Shown here: piece after piece, positions 9,477-19,612 of the stretch
Numbering within the stretch: the first letter of the stretch is position 1
Layout: each line of letters begins with the position of its first letter
Virus record (IMG/VR): IMGVR_UViG_3300032213_001813
Location: 64,001 to 128,000 of that record
Reading direction: 5' to 3' (one strand)
From: a virus
DNA: 64,000 nt
Notes under the pieces: model-generated
Databases searched by the model: none
Told to the model about the DNA's origin: nothing
The model's input: the letters and a program-made list of their open reading frames with translations, nothing else
Program-made: the position numbers and the translations under genes

Positions 9477-10109
9477 ATGATAAATATTACCTATGCGGTT
9501 ACGGTTTGTAATGAGTTGGAAGAAATTACAAAACTAATAAATTTCCTACATCCAAGAATCAAATCAGAGGATGAAATATTAATACAATATGATTCGGATT
9601 CAACTACTGATGCTGTAAAACAATATCTACTGATTATATCTCAATTACACAACACAAATATTAGGGTTATATCATACCCACTTAACAACGATTTTGCTGC
9701 ATTCAAAAATAACTTAAAGGATAATGCAAATGGAATATTCATTTTTCAAATTGATGCAGATGAAATTCCATCCGAATATTTGGTAGAAAACCTTTCGGAT
9801 TTCATAGAATACAATAAAGATGTAGACCTTTTCTTTGTTCCTCGTATTAATACTGTTAGTGGATTAACACCAACGCATGTTAAGAAATGGGGATGGAATG
9901 TATCTCAAAATGGTTGGGTAAATTTTCCTGACTATCAAACTAGAATATATCGTAGAACATCTGAAATTGAATGGGTTGGTAACGTACATGAAAGAATAGT
10001 TGGTTATAATACACTTTCAGTATTACCCGCTGAAGAGGATTATTGTCTATATCATCCTAAACAAATCGAAAGACAGGAAAGACAAAACGCATATTACGAT
10101 ACACTATGA
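9477..10109 (+). CDS. GT2 glycosyltransferase
   Basis: QIDADE DxD motif, PDYQTRIY, VHE. Confidence 0.85.
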   Translation: MINITYAVTVCNELEEITKLINFLHPRIKSEDEILIQYDSDSTTDAVKQYLLIISQLHNTNIRVISYPLNNDFAAFKNNLKDNANGIFIFQIDADEIPSEYLVENLSDFIEYNKDVDLFFVPRINTVSGLTPTHVKKWGWNVSQNGWVNFPDYQTRIYRRTSEIEWVGNVHERIVGYNTLSVLPAEEDYCLYHPKQIERQERQNAYYDTL

Positions 10110-11086
10110 GAATAGCATTCTTAACTGAAATGGGATTTGTTGGTAAAATTCCAGCCAATCACCCAAATATGAGAACGGAGTTTGCTTGGATGCATGCGTT
10201 AGATGCTGACCACTATAACATTAGAAATATTGAAAATGTTAGGGATTATGAGCATGTGTTTGTTATATTCCCAAAAGGTAAATTATTTTTAAGTGCAGAG
10301 GGTAGTACGATACAAAATGGAGTAAACCCAATTTCAGATTTATTACAATTTCCGTTAATACAAACTCTAAAACAAAACAACTCAAAGGTACATTATGTGC
10401 AAGAAGGACCTCATTGGTGGTGGAATGATTATGAAATTTCAGACCAAATTGGATTCTATAATATGTTATCCGAATGTGATAGTATATTTGCCCATAACGA
10501 ATCCGATGTTCCCTATTATAAGGGGTTATTTCCTACCAAAGAAGTACAAAGTATCTATTCACTAATGATAGATGATTACGTCAAAGATATAGTACCAACT
10601 AAAGAGGATAAAGTAATCATTGGAGGTAACTTTGCAAGATGGTATGGTGGGTTTGAAAGTTATATGGTAGCTCAAAAGTTTGATGTACCAATTTGGGTGC
10701 AAGATTCGCATGCTAAAAGAGAGAACGAAGAGTATATGGATGGATTAAATCATCTACCAAGACTTATATGGAATGATTGGATGAGGGAATTATCAACTTA
10801 CAAATATGCAGTACATCTAATGCCAACGGTAGCAGCTGGTACATTCTCACTTAATTGTGCATACTTTGGAATTCCTTGTATTGGTAACATAGAAGTTGAT
10901 ACCCAACGATTATGTCATTCAGTACTATCGATTGATGTTAAGAATATAGATAAGGCTAAATCAATGGCTGGTTTATTGGCAAAAGATAAAGATTTTTATA
11001 ATAGTTGTAGTAGTTTGGCAAAAAGAAACTATGAAGAAAACTATTCATTAAAAGTTTGGACAGAAAGAATAAAAAAACACTTATGA
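10106..11086 (+). CDS. GT-B glycosyltransferase-like protein
   Basis: C-terminal AGTFSLNCAYFGIPCIG donor-binding-like region; cluster context. Confidence 0.65.
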   Translation: MRIAFLTEMGFVGKIPANHPNMRTEFAWMHALDADHYNIRNIENVRDYEHVFVIFPKGKLFLSAEGSTIQNGVNPISDLLQFPLIQTLKQNNSKVHYVQEGPHWWWNDYEISDQIGFYNMLSECDSIFAHNESDVPYYKGLFPTKEVQSIYSLMIDDYVKDIVPTKEDKVIIGGNFARWYGGFESYMVAQKFDVPIWVQDSHAKRENEEYMDGLNHLPRLIWNDWMRELSTYKYAVHLMPTVAAGTFSLNCAYFGIPCIGNIEVDTQRLCHSVLSIDVKNIDKAKSMAGLLAKDKDFYNSCSSLAKRNYEENYSLKVWTERIKKHL

Positions 11087-11853
11087 TAACAGTTATATTA
11101 AATGGTTACAAAAGAGGGGAGAATCTAAATGAACAAATGGAAGCTCTCAAAAATCAAACACTACCACCCGATGAGATATTAGTATGGTATAACAATCCCG
11201 GTGATAATGATTTGATTAACTACGATATCGGTACGGAAGTTCCTGTTGCCTATTGTAATTACAACTTTGGAGTTTGGGCAAGATTTGGTTTTGCTATAAA
11301 TGCAAGAAATCCTTATGTATGTGTGTTTGATGATGATACCATTCCCGGTAAAAAATGGTTGGAGAATTGTATGAACACAATGAAAGAAGAGGAAGGATTG
11401 ATGGGAACTGTTGGATTATTATATCCAAATCCATTACCACCCGAACATTCATCTTACTACGAACACTACTTACGTTTTGGTTGGCCTGATTTGGGTAACA
11501 ATGATAAGAAAGTAGAAGTTGATTTAGTGGGGCATAGTTGGTTCTTTAAGAAAGAGTGGTTATCTCATTTCTTCAGAGAGTTACCTGACCCAAAATATAA
11601 TACTTGTGGTGAGGATATGCACTTTTCTTATATGCTACAAAAGTATGCTGGTATTAAAACATTTGTACCACCACACCCTCGTTCAGATATAGAATTATGG
11701 GGTAGCACTAAAGGTCCAACTTATGGGGGTGATGCTAACTCATTGTGGGAATCAAATCAAAGAAGTATAGATGGAATACCATTCAAAGAATTAATGAATG
11801 AGTATTTTCACAATCAACGTAAAAAAGGCTGGAAATTAGTAAATGAAAAATAA
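11083..11853 (+). CDS. GT2-like glycosyltransferase
   Basis: VFDDD motif, GEDM; start moved to ATGA overlap at 11083. Confidence 0.8.
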   Translation: MITVILNGYKRGENLNEQMEALKNQTLPPDEILVWYNNPGDNDLINYDIGTEVPVAYCNYNFGVWARFGFAINARNPYVCVFDDDTIPGKKWLENCMNTMKEEEGLMGTVGLLYPNPLPPEHSSYYEHYLRFGWPDLGNNDKKVEVDLVGHSWFFKKEWLSHFFRELPDPKYNTCGEDMHFSYMLQKYAGIKTFVPPHPRSDIELWGSTKGPTYGGDANSLWESNQRSIDGIPFKELMNEYFHNQRKKGWKLVNEK

Positions 11854-12841
11854 ACCAATTTTAATATGTTTTGGTACTAGACCCGAATGGTTAAAAGTAA
11901 AACCACTAATTGATTTGATGCATAAAAACGAATATCGTTTATTATTTACAGGTCAACATATGGACTTACTTAAAGATGTACAAGTAGATTATCGAATAAA
12001 GATATCCGATAATTCAAATCGTTTAGATAGTGTAGTAAGTGATTGCTTATTACAATTTCCAAACGGAGATTTTAAAGGTGTTTTGGTGCAAGGTGATACT
12101 GCATCTGCTTTTGCGTGTGCATTGGCAGCATTTAATAGAGAACTCAAAATTTATTATATGGAAGCTGGATTGCGAAGCCACAACTTAAAACACCCATATC
12201 CTGAAGAAGCATATCGTCAAATGATTGCACGGATTTCCGATGTAAACTTTGCACCAACCAAACGTTCAGAAATGAATCTAAGAGATGAAAGTGTGAATGG
12301 TGCAATTTATGTGACAGGAAATACGGTATTGGATAACTTAACTAAATATGAAGCACCAACATATGGTAAGAAGATATTAGTTACATTACATCGTAGAGAG
12401 AATCATCACATAATGAAGGAGTGGTTTGAAGAGATTGATAAGTTAGCAACTGAATATTCAGATTACGAATTTATCTTACCAATACATCCAAATCCAAATG
12501 TACAAAAGCACAAAAACTTACTTAAAAATGTAAGTGTAGTTGAACCATTATCGCATGATGAAACTATGAAAATATTAAGAGAGTGTAGTTTGGTAATAAG
12601 TGATAGTGGTGGGTTACAAGAGGAAGGTACATTCTTTAATAAAAAGGTTATTGTATGTAGATTAACTACCGAAAGACCGGAAGGAATTGAAACAGGTCAC
12701 TTACATTTATGTGCCGAACCAAATAAATTAGAGGTTTTATTTGGAAATTTGATAAAAAAACCTTATCTTTACACAACCTGTCCCTATGGTGATGGTAAAG
12801 CTGCACAAAAAATTAAAAAAATATTAGATGAAGAACTTTAG
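11843..12841 (+). CDS. wecB: UDP-N-acetylglucosamine 2-epimerase
   Basis: GTRPE, TGQH, QGDT, EAGLRS, HRREN, DSGGLQEE, RPEG, YGDG. Confidence 0.96.
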   Translation: MKNKPILICFGTRPEWLKVKPLIDLMHKNEYRLLFTGQHMDLLKDVQVDYRIKISDNSNRLDSVVSDCLLQFPNGDFKGVLVQGDTASAFACALAAFNRELKIYYMEAGLRSHNLKHPYPEEAYRQMIARISDVNFAPTKRSEMNLRDESVNGAIYVTGNTVLDNLTKYEAPTYGKKILVTLHRRENHHIMKEWFEEIDKLATEYSDYEFILPIHPNPNVQKHKNLLKNVSVVEPLSHDETMKILRECSLVISDSGGLQEEGTFFNKKVIVCRLTTERPEGIETGHLHLCAEPNKLEVLFGNLIKKPYLYTTCPYGDGKAAQKIKKILDEEL

Positions 12842-13604
12842 AGAGCATTTTTCCAAATTCACCGAAATGATAAGAAACGATGAGCATTTTGCTTTCGCTA
12901 GATATTCGGATGGTGAATTATATATTTTACAAAATAAAGAGCTGGTATTAGACTCAAATCTAATTCAGATTGGAGACCAAAAGCAAGGTGGAGTTTATCA
13001 AGCTCCTGATTTCAAACACTATGACCCAAAAGAACATGGATTCTATCAACAAAAGTTAGTAGAAGCATATCAGTATAGACAACCAAATTACTACAAAGGT
13101 ATTAGTTGTAGTTGTTGCGTTGGTAAAGAAGCATTTGATTGGCAGATTGATTTACATGGTGGAGATGATGAGAGTTTAAGTTGGGCAAATCTATGGGTAA
13201 ACGGAAACTATCCTCAATTTATATTTCAGACCCTACCTATTTTTTATAGTAAGAATGTGGTAATGGTATGTAATGAAAATGCTAACTTAGATAAACTACC
13301 ATTTGTTATAAAAGATTTCAGAGTTGGGTATAACGCAATGATTAACGATTATGGCAAGATTGAAGACATCAAAAGCTGGATAAGAGATAATAACATAAAA
13401 AACCACCTATTCTTATTTTCAGCTTCAACATTCTCAAATTTGGCAATCTATGAATTGTTCAAAGAATTTCCTGAAAACTCTTATGTTGATATTGGAACTT
13501 GTTTGACACCAATGATGGATATGCCAACTGAAAGAGGTTACTTACAAGCATTTTGGAATTATAGAGGTGGGCAGGATATTCAAAAAGTATGTGTATGGAA
13601 TTAG
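12828..13604 (+). CDS. GT-D fold (DUF1792-like) glycosyltransferase
   Basis: FARYSDGE resembles the RFGDGE motif; C-terminal DIG. Confidence 0.6.
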   Translation: MKNFREHFSKFTEMIRNDEHFAFARYSDGELYILQNKELVLDSNLIQIGDQKQGGVYQAPDFKHYDPKEHGFYQQKLVEAYQYRQPNYYKGISCSCCVGKEAFDWQIDLHGGDDESLSWANLWVNGNYPQFIFQTLPIFYSKNVVMVCNENANLDKLPFVIKDFRVGYNAMINDYGKIEDIKSWIRDNNIKNHLFLFSASTFSNLAIYELFKEFPENSYVDIGTCLTPMMDMPTERGYLQAFWNYRGGQDIQKVCVWN

Positions 13605-13975
13605 TAGATTGTACAAAAAAGTATTGGGAGTTTGTTAGAAATCTCCGTAATGATGAAAGAGTTAAGGATGGTTTTATTAAATCAACTTACATCACCGAAG
13701 ATATGCAGGAAGCGTATATGACTGTTCACTACAAATATTATAGAATCGCATTGATTGATAATGCACCTGTTGGATATATTGGTGTGATTGATGATGATAT
13801 TCGTATATGTGTACATCCTGCGTTCCAAAAAAGAGGAGTTGGAAAGTTTATGATTGAGGAAGGTATGAAAATATGGCCTAATGCGGAGGGCAAAGTTAAG
13901 TTAGGTAATGAAGCAAGTATGAATCTTTTTAAATCTTGTGGATTCAAAGAAGCATATGTAATATTCAAAAAATGA
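13589..13975 (+). CDS. GNAT acetyltransferase
   Basis: VHPAFQKRGVGK, N..S..LFKSCGF. Confidence 0.85.
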   Translation: MCMELVDCTKKYWEFVRNLRNDERVKDGFIKSTYITEDMQEAYMTVHYKYYRIALIDNAPVGYIGVIDDDIRICVHPAFQKRGVGKFMIEEGMKIWPNAEGKVKLGNEASMNLFKSCGFKEAYVIFKK

Positions 13976-14187
13976 TGACAAACTTAAAGAGTTCAATTAC
14001 AAAAAAAGGAAAATATGTTTCTCAAATACTACACTTTGTGGGAGGTGAGAAACGGACATTCAATAACGTAGATACAGAATCCATTAAGCAAGGACAGTTT
14101 ACTAAATTTGAAACAAAGGATGGTAGATTGGTAATGGTAAATGATAAAAATATACTTTGCATTGAAATAATTAAAGAAGAAGAATAA
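13972..14187 (+). CDS. hypothetical protein
   Basis: ATG at 13972 overlapping previous stop. Confidence 0.6.
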   Translation: MMTNLKSSITKKGKYVSQILHFVGGEKRTFNNVDTESIKQGQFTKFETKDGRLVMVNDKNILCIEIIKEEE

Positions 14188-14188
14188 T

Positions 14189-14815
14189 ATGTTACACAAT
14201 CCATATAAAGTAGTAAGAATGTTTGAGGAGGAAATAGCTGCATATACCGGCGCTCCTTACGCTATTTCAATTGATAGTTGTACTAATGCATTGTTTCTAA
14301 TGTGTAAGTACAATGAAGTTAAAGAAGTAACCATCCCATCCAAAACGTATCTATCAGTACCACAATCAATTATACACGCTGGTGGTGAAGTTATCTTTGA
14401 TAAGAGACCTGAAACGAATCATTGGGTAGGTGCATACCAATTAAAACCATATCCAATTTGGGATGCGGCTAAGAGATTAACAAAGGATATGTACATGCCC
14501 GGAACATTTATGGGATTATCATTTCACATCAAAAAGATTCTTCCAATTTGGAAAGGTGGTATGATTCTAACTGATAACGCTGACGCAGCTGATTGGTTTA
14601 AGAAAGCTCGTTACGAAGGTAGAAGTGAAAAATATTACAAAGAAGATGATATCACATTCAATGGTTGGAATATGTATATGACTCCACAACAGGCAGCACA
14701 TGGATTGGCAATGTTTCAAAACCTACCACTACATAATTCGGACCAGGGTGAATTAAATGGTTATAGAGATTTAACCGAATTTACTGTATTCAAAAATAAT
14801 AAAGTTATAGAATAA
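14189..14815 (+). CDS. short DegT/DnrJ-family sugar aminotransferase-like protein
   Basis: SCTNAL, WDAA, LSFHIKK..GGM; only 208 aa. Confidence 0.8.
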   Translation: MLHNPYKVVRMFEEEIAAYTGAPYAISIDSCTNALFLMCKYNEVKEVTIPSKTYLSVPQSIIHAGGEVIFDKRPETNHWVGAYQLKPYPIWDAAKRLTKDMYMPGTFMGLSFHIKKILPIWKGGMILTDNADAADWFKKARYEGRSEKYYKEDDITFNGWNMYMTPQQAAHGLAMFQNLPLHNSDQGELNGYRDLTEFTVFKNNKVIE

Positions 14816-15795
14816 TGAAGGTAGTTAAACACTTTGGTGGAGATGCACCCTATGGTATTATACCATATATACAAACAATATTTGATAAATTATCAGATGA
14901 AAACTCAAACGATTTATTCTTTAATGGAGTTCAGTTTATAGATGCCCCATATATGTTAGGTCAATATGAGGAAACTGGTAGAAGAGCATTATTAGCACAT
15001 TGGTCTCCTTGTGAGTTTTTAGTAACTCCAAATTATTACTATTTGGATGCATATGAACACTTTACTGAAGTATATTGTGTTTGTCCATTTACTTGTGATT
15101 TTATGAACAAATACTATGGTTACGAAAAGTTTATATACGTTCCATATCCATATACAAATCATACATTAAAATCATTTGGAGAATATGATTCAGTATCTTC
15201 TTGGTTTGGTTCTATAAATGGAGATGAGCATGCTGGGGCAATTGATGTTATTAGTAAATTTCCTTACAAATATATTACATCACAGCAAAATACTTGGTTA
15301 CATCATCCATATGAATATAACAAATGTACGCATGTTAATATTTCAACGGAAGATAAATTGAAAGAAGTAAGTAAGTGCAAAAGTTCACTTACATTTAATA
15401 AATTGTACAAATCACCCAATAGTCAATACAATCCTGGTATTGAGGGTAACAAACTTAAAATTTGGGAGCATAAATCGGAGGAGATATTACCTCAATTTAA
15501 AGTAAGAACACATGAAATTGCAACTTGTAAATCATTAATACTATGTAAAAAAGACCCTTGGAATTTGATTGAGGATTTTTACGAACCTGATAAGGATTTC
15601 ATCTACTTTGATAACTTATCAGAATTAGAAGACATTTTACATGATGTGGATACTAACTTTGAAAAATATGTACCAATAATAGAAAGTGCATATCAGACGG
15701 TACAAAAATATTCAGTAGAGAATTTTTTTGAATTCGTAAAAACAAAAGACAAAAACTTAATAAATTGGAAAAATAAAAATTATGGCATACTTTAA
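14815..15795 (+). CDS. GT-B glycosyltransferase-like (CgeB-type C-terminus)
   Basis: KVRTHEIATCK...FYEPDKDFIYF. Confidence 0.6.
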   Translation: MKVVKHFGGDAPYGIIPYIQTIFDKLSDENSNDLFFNGVQFIDAPYMLGQYEETGRRALLAHWSPCEFLVTPNYYYLDAYEHFTEVYCVCPFTCDFMNKYYGYEKFIYVPYPYTNHTLKSFGEYDSVSSWFGSINGDEHAGAIDVISKFPYKYITSQQNTWLHHPYEYNKCTHVNISTEDKLKEVSKCKSSLTFNKLYKSPNSQYNPGIEGNKLKIWEHKSEEILPQFKVRTHEIATCKSLILCKKDPWNLIEDFYEPDKDFIYFDNLSELEDILHDVDTNFEKYVPIIESAYQTVQKYSVENFFEFVKTKDKNLINWKNKNYGIL

Positions 15796-16789
15796 AGAAA
15801 AAAATGTATTAGTAACCGGCGGTACTGGACTTGTTGGTAGAGAATTAGTAGAACTATTGGTAAAAGATGGTGCAAAAGTTACATCAATATCATTGGATGA
15901 TAATAACTTTGAATCGGATTGGGATGTAAACTACATCAAAGGAGATATTAGAGATTTCCAAACTTGCGTAGATGTAGTTAAAGGACAACAATATGTATTC
16001 CACATTGCTGGTATCAAAGGTTCTCCTGTATTGGTAAAAGAATTACCTTATGTATTCTTTACTAACTTTATTCAAATGAACACATCTATGATTGCAGCTA
16101 TGAACGCATCTGAAGATATGGAGTGGGGATTGTACACATCAACGGTTGGAACTTATGGACCGGCTGATGTATTCTATGAAGATAAATTGTGGGACCAAAT
16201 GCCATCTCGTAATGATTGGTTCGCTGGTTGGTCAAAAAGAATGGGTGAGGTTATGATTGATGCATATCAACAACAAACTGGAAAGAGAAACATTTCAATT
16301 ATCAAACCTGTAAACATTTATGGTAAGTTTGATAACTTTGATTTAAGAACTTCAACTTTAATTCCATCATTGGTAAGAAAGATTTCAGAGGCAACTGATA
16401 CGGTTGATGTGTGGGGAACTGGGTTATCTAAAAGAGATATCATTCACGCTAGAGATGTTGCTAGAGCAGCAATGCATATGGTAGAACATAAAGTTGATTA
16501 TTCAGTAAACATTGGTAAAGGTGAAGGTATTACAATTAGAGAGGTTGTAGAAACTGCAATTAAAGTATCTGGAAAGAGTTTAGATGTTGTATTGGATTCT
16601 ACTAAACCAACTGGTGATGATGCTAGAGTTGCTAACATTGATAAATTAAATGGAACTGGTTTTGTTCCAACTGTATCATTGGAAGATGGGATTAGAGAAA
16701 CTTATGAATGGTATCAACAAAACAAAAATTACAATGGAAGATATGATGCTTTCCACACAAACGATTACACAAATAAAATAGAAGAATAA
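15782..16789 (+). CDS. NAD-dependent epimerase/reductase (extended SDR)
   Basis: GGTGLVG, PVNIYG. Confidence 0.9.
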   Translation: MAYFKEKNVLVTGGTGLVGRELVELLVKDGAKVTSISLDDNNFESDWDVNYIKGDIRDFQTCVDVVKGQQYVFHIAGIKGSPVLVKELPYVFFTNFIQMNTSMIAAMNASEDMEWGLYTSTVGTYGPADVFYEDKLWDQMPSRNDWFAGWSKRMGEVMIDAYQQQTGKRNISIIKPVNIYGKFDNFDLRTSTLIPSLVRKISEATDTVDVWGTGLSKRDIIHARDVARAAMHMVEHKVDYSVNIGKGEGITIREVVETAIKVSGKSLDVVLDSTKPTGDDARVANIDKLNGTGFVPTVSLEDGIRETYEWYQQNKNYNGRYDAFHTNDYTNKIEE

Positions 16790-17475
16790 TGGCATATTAC
16801 AATTGGTTTAATGAGTATTTTAAGGAGAAGCACAAAAACTCAACAACGGAAGAAATATTAGATGATGTATTTTTGATGTTAGAAAAAAGAGGTGGTGAAT
16901 ATTTGAAACACAACTATGAGAGTTATAAACAACTTTGGATTGACCCGCAAGAAGATATTGTGAATAGTAAACCACAAGTAATTCAGCAGATTAGAGAAGA
17001 GTTATATGATTTTCTTAAATTGTTAATTGAAAACAATGTTAAGAAGGTATTACAAATTGGATTGGGACACTTTGGTTCAACTCAATTTTGTTTAAGTTTG
17101 ATTTGTGATGAGATTGTTACTGTTGAGTATGATATTAAAAACATAGCAAATTACGCAAATAGAGAGTTATTATATAACCAAAACAAAGAGCATTTTATCT
17201 ATGGTGATTCTGCTGATGTTAATGTAATATCACAAGCTGCTAACTATGGTAGATTTGATGCAGTATTCATTGATGGTAATCATAGTTACGAATATGTTAA
17301 AAGTGATTACCAACACTATTCACCATTTGTAAAGCAAGGTGGTATTGTTGCATTTCACGATGCTTGTTTGGATGCAGATAGATATGGTACTCCAAAAGTT
17401 ATTTCAGAGTTACAAAGAGAGGTAACACTTATTAAACATTCAAACGAAGTTGGTATAGCTTATTACATTAATTAA
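16789..17475 (+). CDS. class I SAM methyltransferase (Methyltransf_24-like)
   Basis: LQIG, FIDGNHSYE, GGIVAFHD. Confidence 0.85.
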   Translation: MAYYNWFNEYFKEKHKNSTTEEILDDVFLMLEKRGGEYLKHNYESYKQLWIDPQEDIVNSKPQVIQQIREELYDFLKLLIENNVKKVLQIGLGHFGSTQFCLSLICDEIVTVEYDIKNIANYANRELLYNQNKEHFIYGDSADVNVISQAANYGRFDAVFIDGNHSYEYVKSDYQHYSPFVKQGGIVAFHDACLDADRYGTPKVISELQREVTLIKHSNEVGIAYYIN

Positions 17476-17476
17476 T

Positions 17477-18442
17477 ATGAAAAATTTACTAATATGTGGA
17501 GGTAGTGGGTTCATTGGGAGAAATTGCGTTGAGCATTTCTCCAAAGACCCAAACTATAAAATAACTGCTACTTATTTCTCCGAACAAAAATACGAACCAA
17601 TTGATGGTGTTGAATTTGTTAAGGTTGATTTAAGAGATGAAGCAGCTGTAAAAGAGTTGATGAAAGGTATGGATATTGTTATTCAGGCAGCAGCAACTAC
17701 AACTGGTGCAAAGGATGTAATCAACAGTCCATATTTGCATGTTACTGATAATGCGGTGATGAACTCTTGGATTTTTAGAGAAGCTGTATTAAATAAAGTA
17801 GAACATCTAATTTTCTTTAGTTGTACAGTTATGTATCAATCGAAAGATGTAGCTCAATCGGAAAATGATTGGTCAGCATCTGATAGAATCTATAAGAACT
17901 ATTTTGGAGTTGGTAATACTAAAGTATATTTGGAGAATATGTGTGATTTCTATTCTCAAATCGGAGATACTAAATTTACTGCAATCAGACACTCAAATGT
18001 ATTTGGACCATATGATAAGTATGATTTAGATAAATGCCATGTAGTACCTGCATTTGTTAATAAGATTATCAATTCTGAAAAAACATTAGAGGTGTGGGGT
18101 AATGGTGAAGCTAAGAGAGATGTTGTTTATATTGATGATTTAGTTGATATGGTTCAGAAAGTAATAGATAAGCAAGATAACAAATACGAACTATTCAATT
18201 GCGGTGTAGGTAGAGCATATTCAATTAGAGAATTGGCTGATGTATTGATGGAAGTTAATAATAAAGAATTGAAAATGCAATATGATGCATCTAAACCAAA
18301 CATACCAACAACTGTAATATTAGATTGCCAAAAAGCAAAAGATGTATTAGGTTGGACACCAACTACTTCAATTACTGATGGTATGCGGAAGACAAGTGAA
18401 TGGTATAAAGCAAATTACAAAGGAAGTACATTTATAAAATAA
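17477..18442 (+). CDS. NAD-dependent epimerase/reductase (GDP-fucose-synthase-like)
   Basis: GGSGFIG, YFGVGNTK, HSNVFGP, VWGNG. Confidence 0.9.
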   Translation: MKNLLICGGSGFIGRNCVEHFSKDPNYKITATYFSEQKYEPIDGVEFVKVDLRDEAAVKELMKGMDIVIQAAATTTGAKDVINSPYLHVTDNAVMNSWIFREAVLNKVEHLIFFSCTVMYQSKDVAQSENDWSASDRIYKNYFGVGNTKVYLENMCDFYSQIGDTKFTAIRHSNVFGPYDKYDLDKCHVVPAFVNKIINSEKTLEVWGNGEAKRDVVYIDDLVDMVQKVIDKQDNKYELFNCGVGRAYSIRELADVLMEVNNKELKMQYDASKPNIPTTVILDCQKAKDVLGWTPTTSITDGMRKTSEWYKANYKGSTFIK

Positions 18443-18446
18443 AATT

Positions 18447-19067
18447 ATGATAACGAATCATACAGAAAAAACACTTATTAAGTTTGAAGAGAGAGTATGT
18501 GATACTTTTATGAACAAAGAGATATTAGCTCCTGTTCACTTATATAGTGGTAATGAAAAACAAATGATTGATATATTTCAGAACATCAAAGAAGAAGATT
18601 GGCTTTTTTGTTCTTGGAGAAGTCATTATCAATGTTTACTAAAAGGAGTATCTGAAGAATTGTTGATGGATGAAATTAAAAAAGGACATTCAATCTCATT
18701 AAACTTCAAAGATTACAAAATATTCTCAACTGCAATTGTAACGGGAAATATTCCAATCGCAACTGGTGTTGCTTTATCTAACAAATTAAAAGATAATGGT
18801 GAGCATGTATATTGTTTTGTTGGAGATATGACATCTGAAACTGGATGTTTTTCTGAAAACTACAAATATGCATTGAACTACGATTTACCAATTACATTTG
18901 TGATAGAAGATAATAGTAAATCAGTATGTACGGATACTTTAAAAACGTGGAAGCAGGATAAACTTACATATGAATCTGAAAGTGGAACGGAGTTTGATAA
19001 AATTATTTATTACAAATACGAAAATAAATATCCTCACGCTGGAACTGGTGTAAGAATACAATTTTAA
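18447..19067 (+). CDS. TPP-dependent enzyme, E1-alpha-like subunit
   Basis: PVHL..GNE, WRSH, GDM...EDN TPP motif. Confidence 0.9.
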   Translation: MITNHTEKTLIKFEERVCDTFMNKEILAPVHLYSGNEKQMIDIFQNIKEEDWLFCSWRSHYQCLLKGVSEELLMDEIKKGHSISLNFKDYKIFSTAIVTGNIPIATGVALSNKLKDNGEHVYCFVGDMTSETGCFSENYKYALNYDLPITFVIEDNSKSVCTDTLKTWKQDKLTYESESGTEFDKIIYYKYENKYPHAGTGVRIQF

Positions 19068-19078
19068 AAATTAGAAAG

Positions 19079-19609
19079 ATGAAATATTTTGATGAATTAA
19101 AAAGGTCAATGGAGTGGTTAGGTGAACAACCGAATACTATTTTTTTAGGACAAGCGGTTGAATACGCTGGAACTGCAATGACTAATACATTAAAGGATGT
19201 GAATCCTAACAAATTAATGGAAATGCCTGTTACTGAAGATATGCAAATGGGTATTACTAATGGGTTATCTATAAGTGGTTATGTACCAATTTCAATATAT
19301 CCTAGATGGAACTTTTTGTTGTTAGCTGTAAATCAATTGGTTAATCATTTAGATAAACTACCATTGATATCGGATTACAATACAAAGGTAATCATTAGAA
19401 CGGGTATTGGTTCGGAAAGACCGTTACATCCACAATTTCAACACATAGGTGATTATACTGAAGCATTTCAAAAAATGTTACCTAATGTTGAAGTTATTAG
19501 ATTGGATGAACCTGAACAAATTTTTGAAGCATATCAAAAGGCTTATAATAGAACGGATGGTAAATCAACTATTTTGGTTGAGTGGGGAGATTTTTACAAC
19601 GAAAAATAA
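19079..19609 (+). CDS. TPP-dependent enzyme, E1-beta/transketolase pyrimidine-binding subunit
   Basis: MPVTEDMQMG, HPQFQH; lacks the C-terminal domain. Confidence 0.85.
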   Translation: MKYFDELKRSMEWLGEQPNTIFLGQAVEYAGTAMTNTLKDVNPNKLMEMPVTEDMQMGITNGLSISGYVPISIYPRWNFLLLAVNQLVNHLDKLPLISDYNTKVIIRTGIGSERPLHPQFQHIGDYTEAFQKMLPNVEVIRLDEPEQIFEAYQKAYNRTDGKSTILVEWGDFYNEK

Positions 19610-19612
19610 ATT

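Noticed and set aside
18447-19609. Pyruvate dehydrogenase as a central-metabolism auxiliary gene
   Set aside because: Both subunits are short, there is no E2 or E3, and they sit inside an NDP-sugar operon
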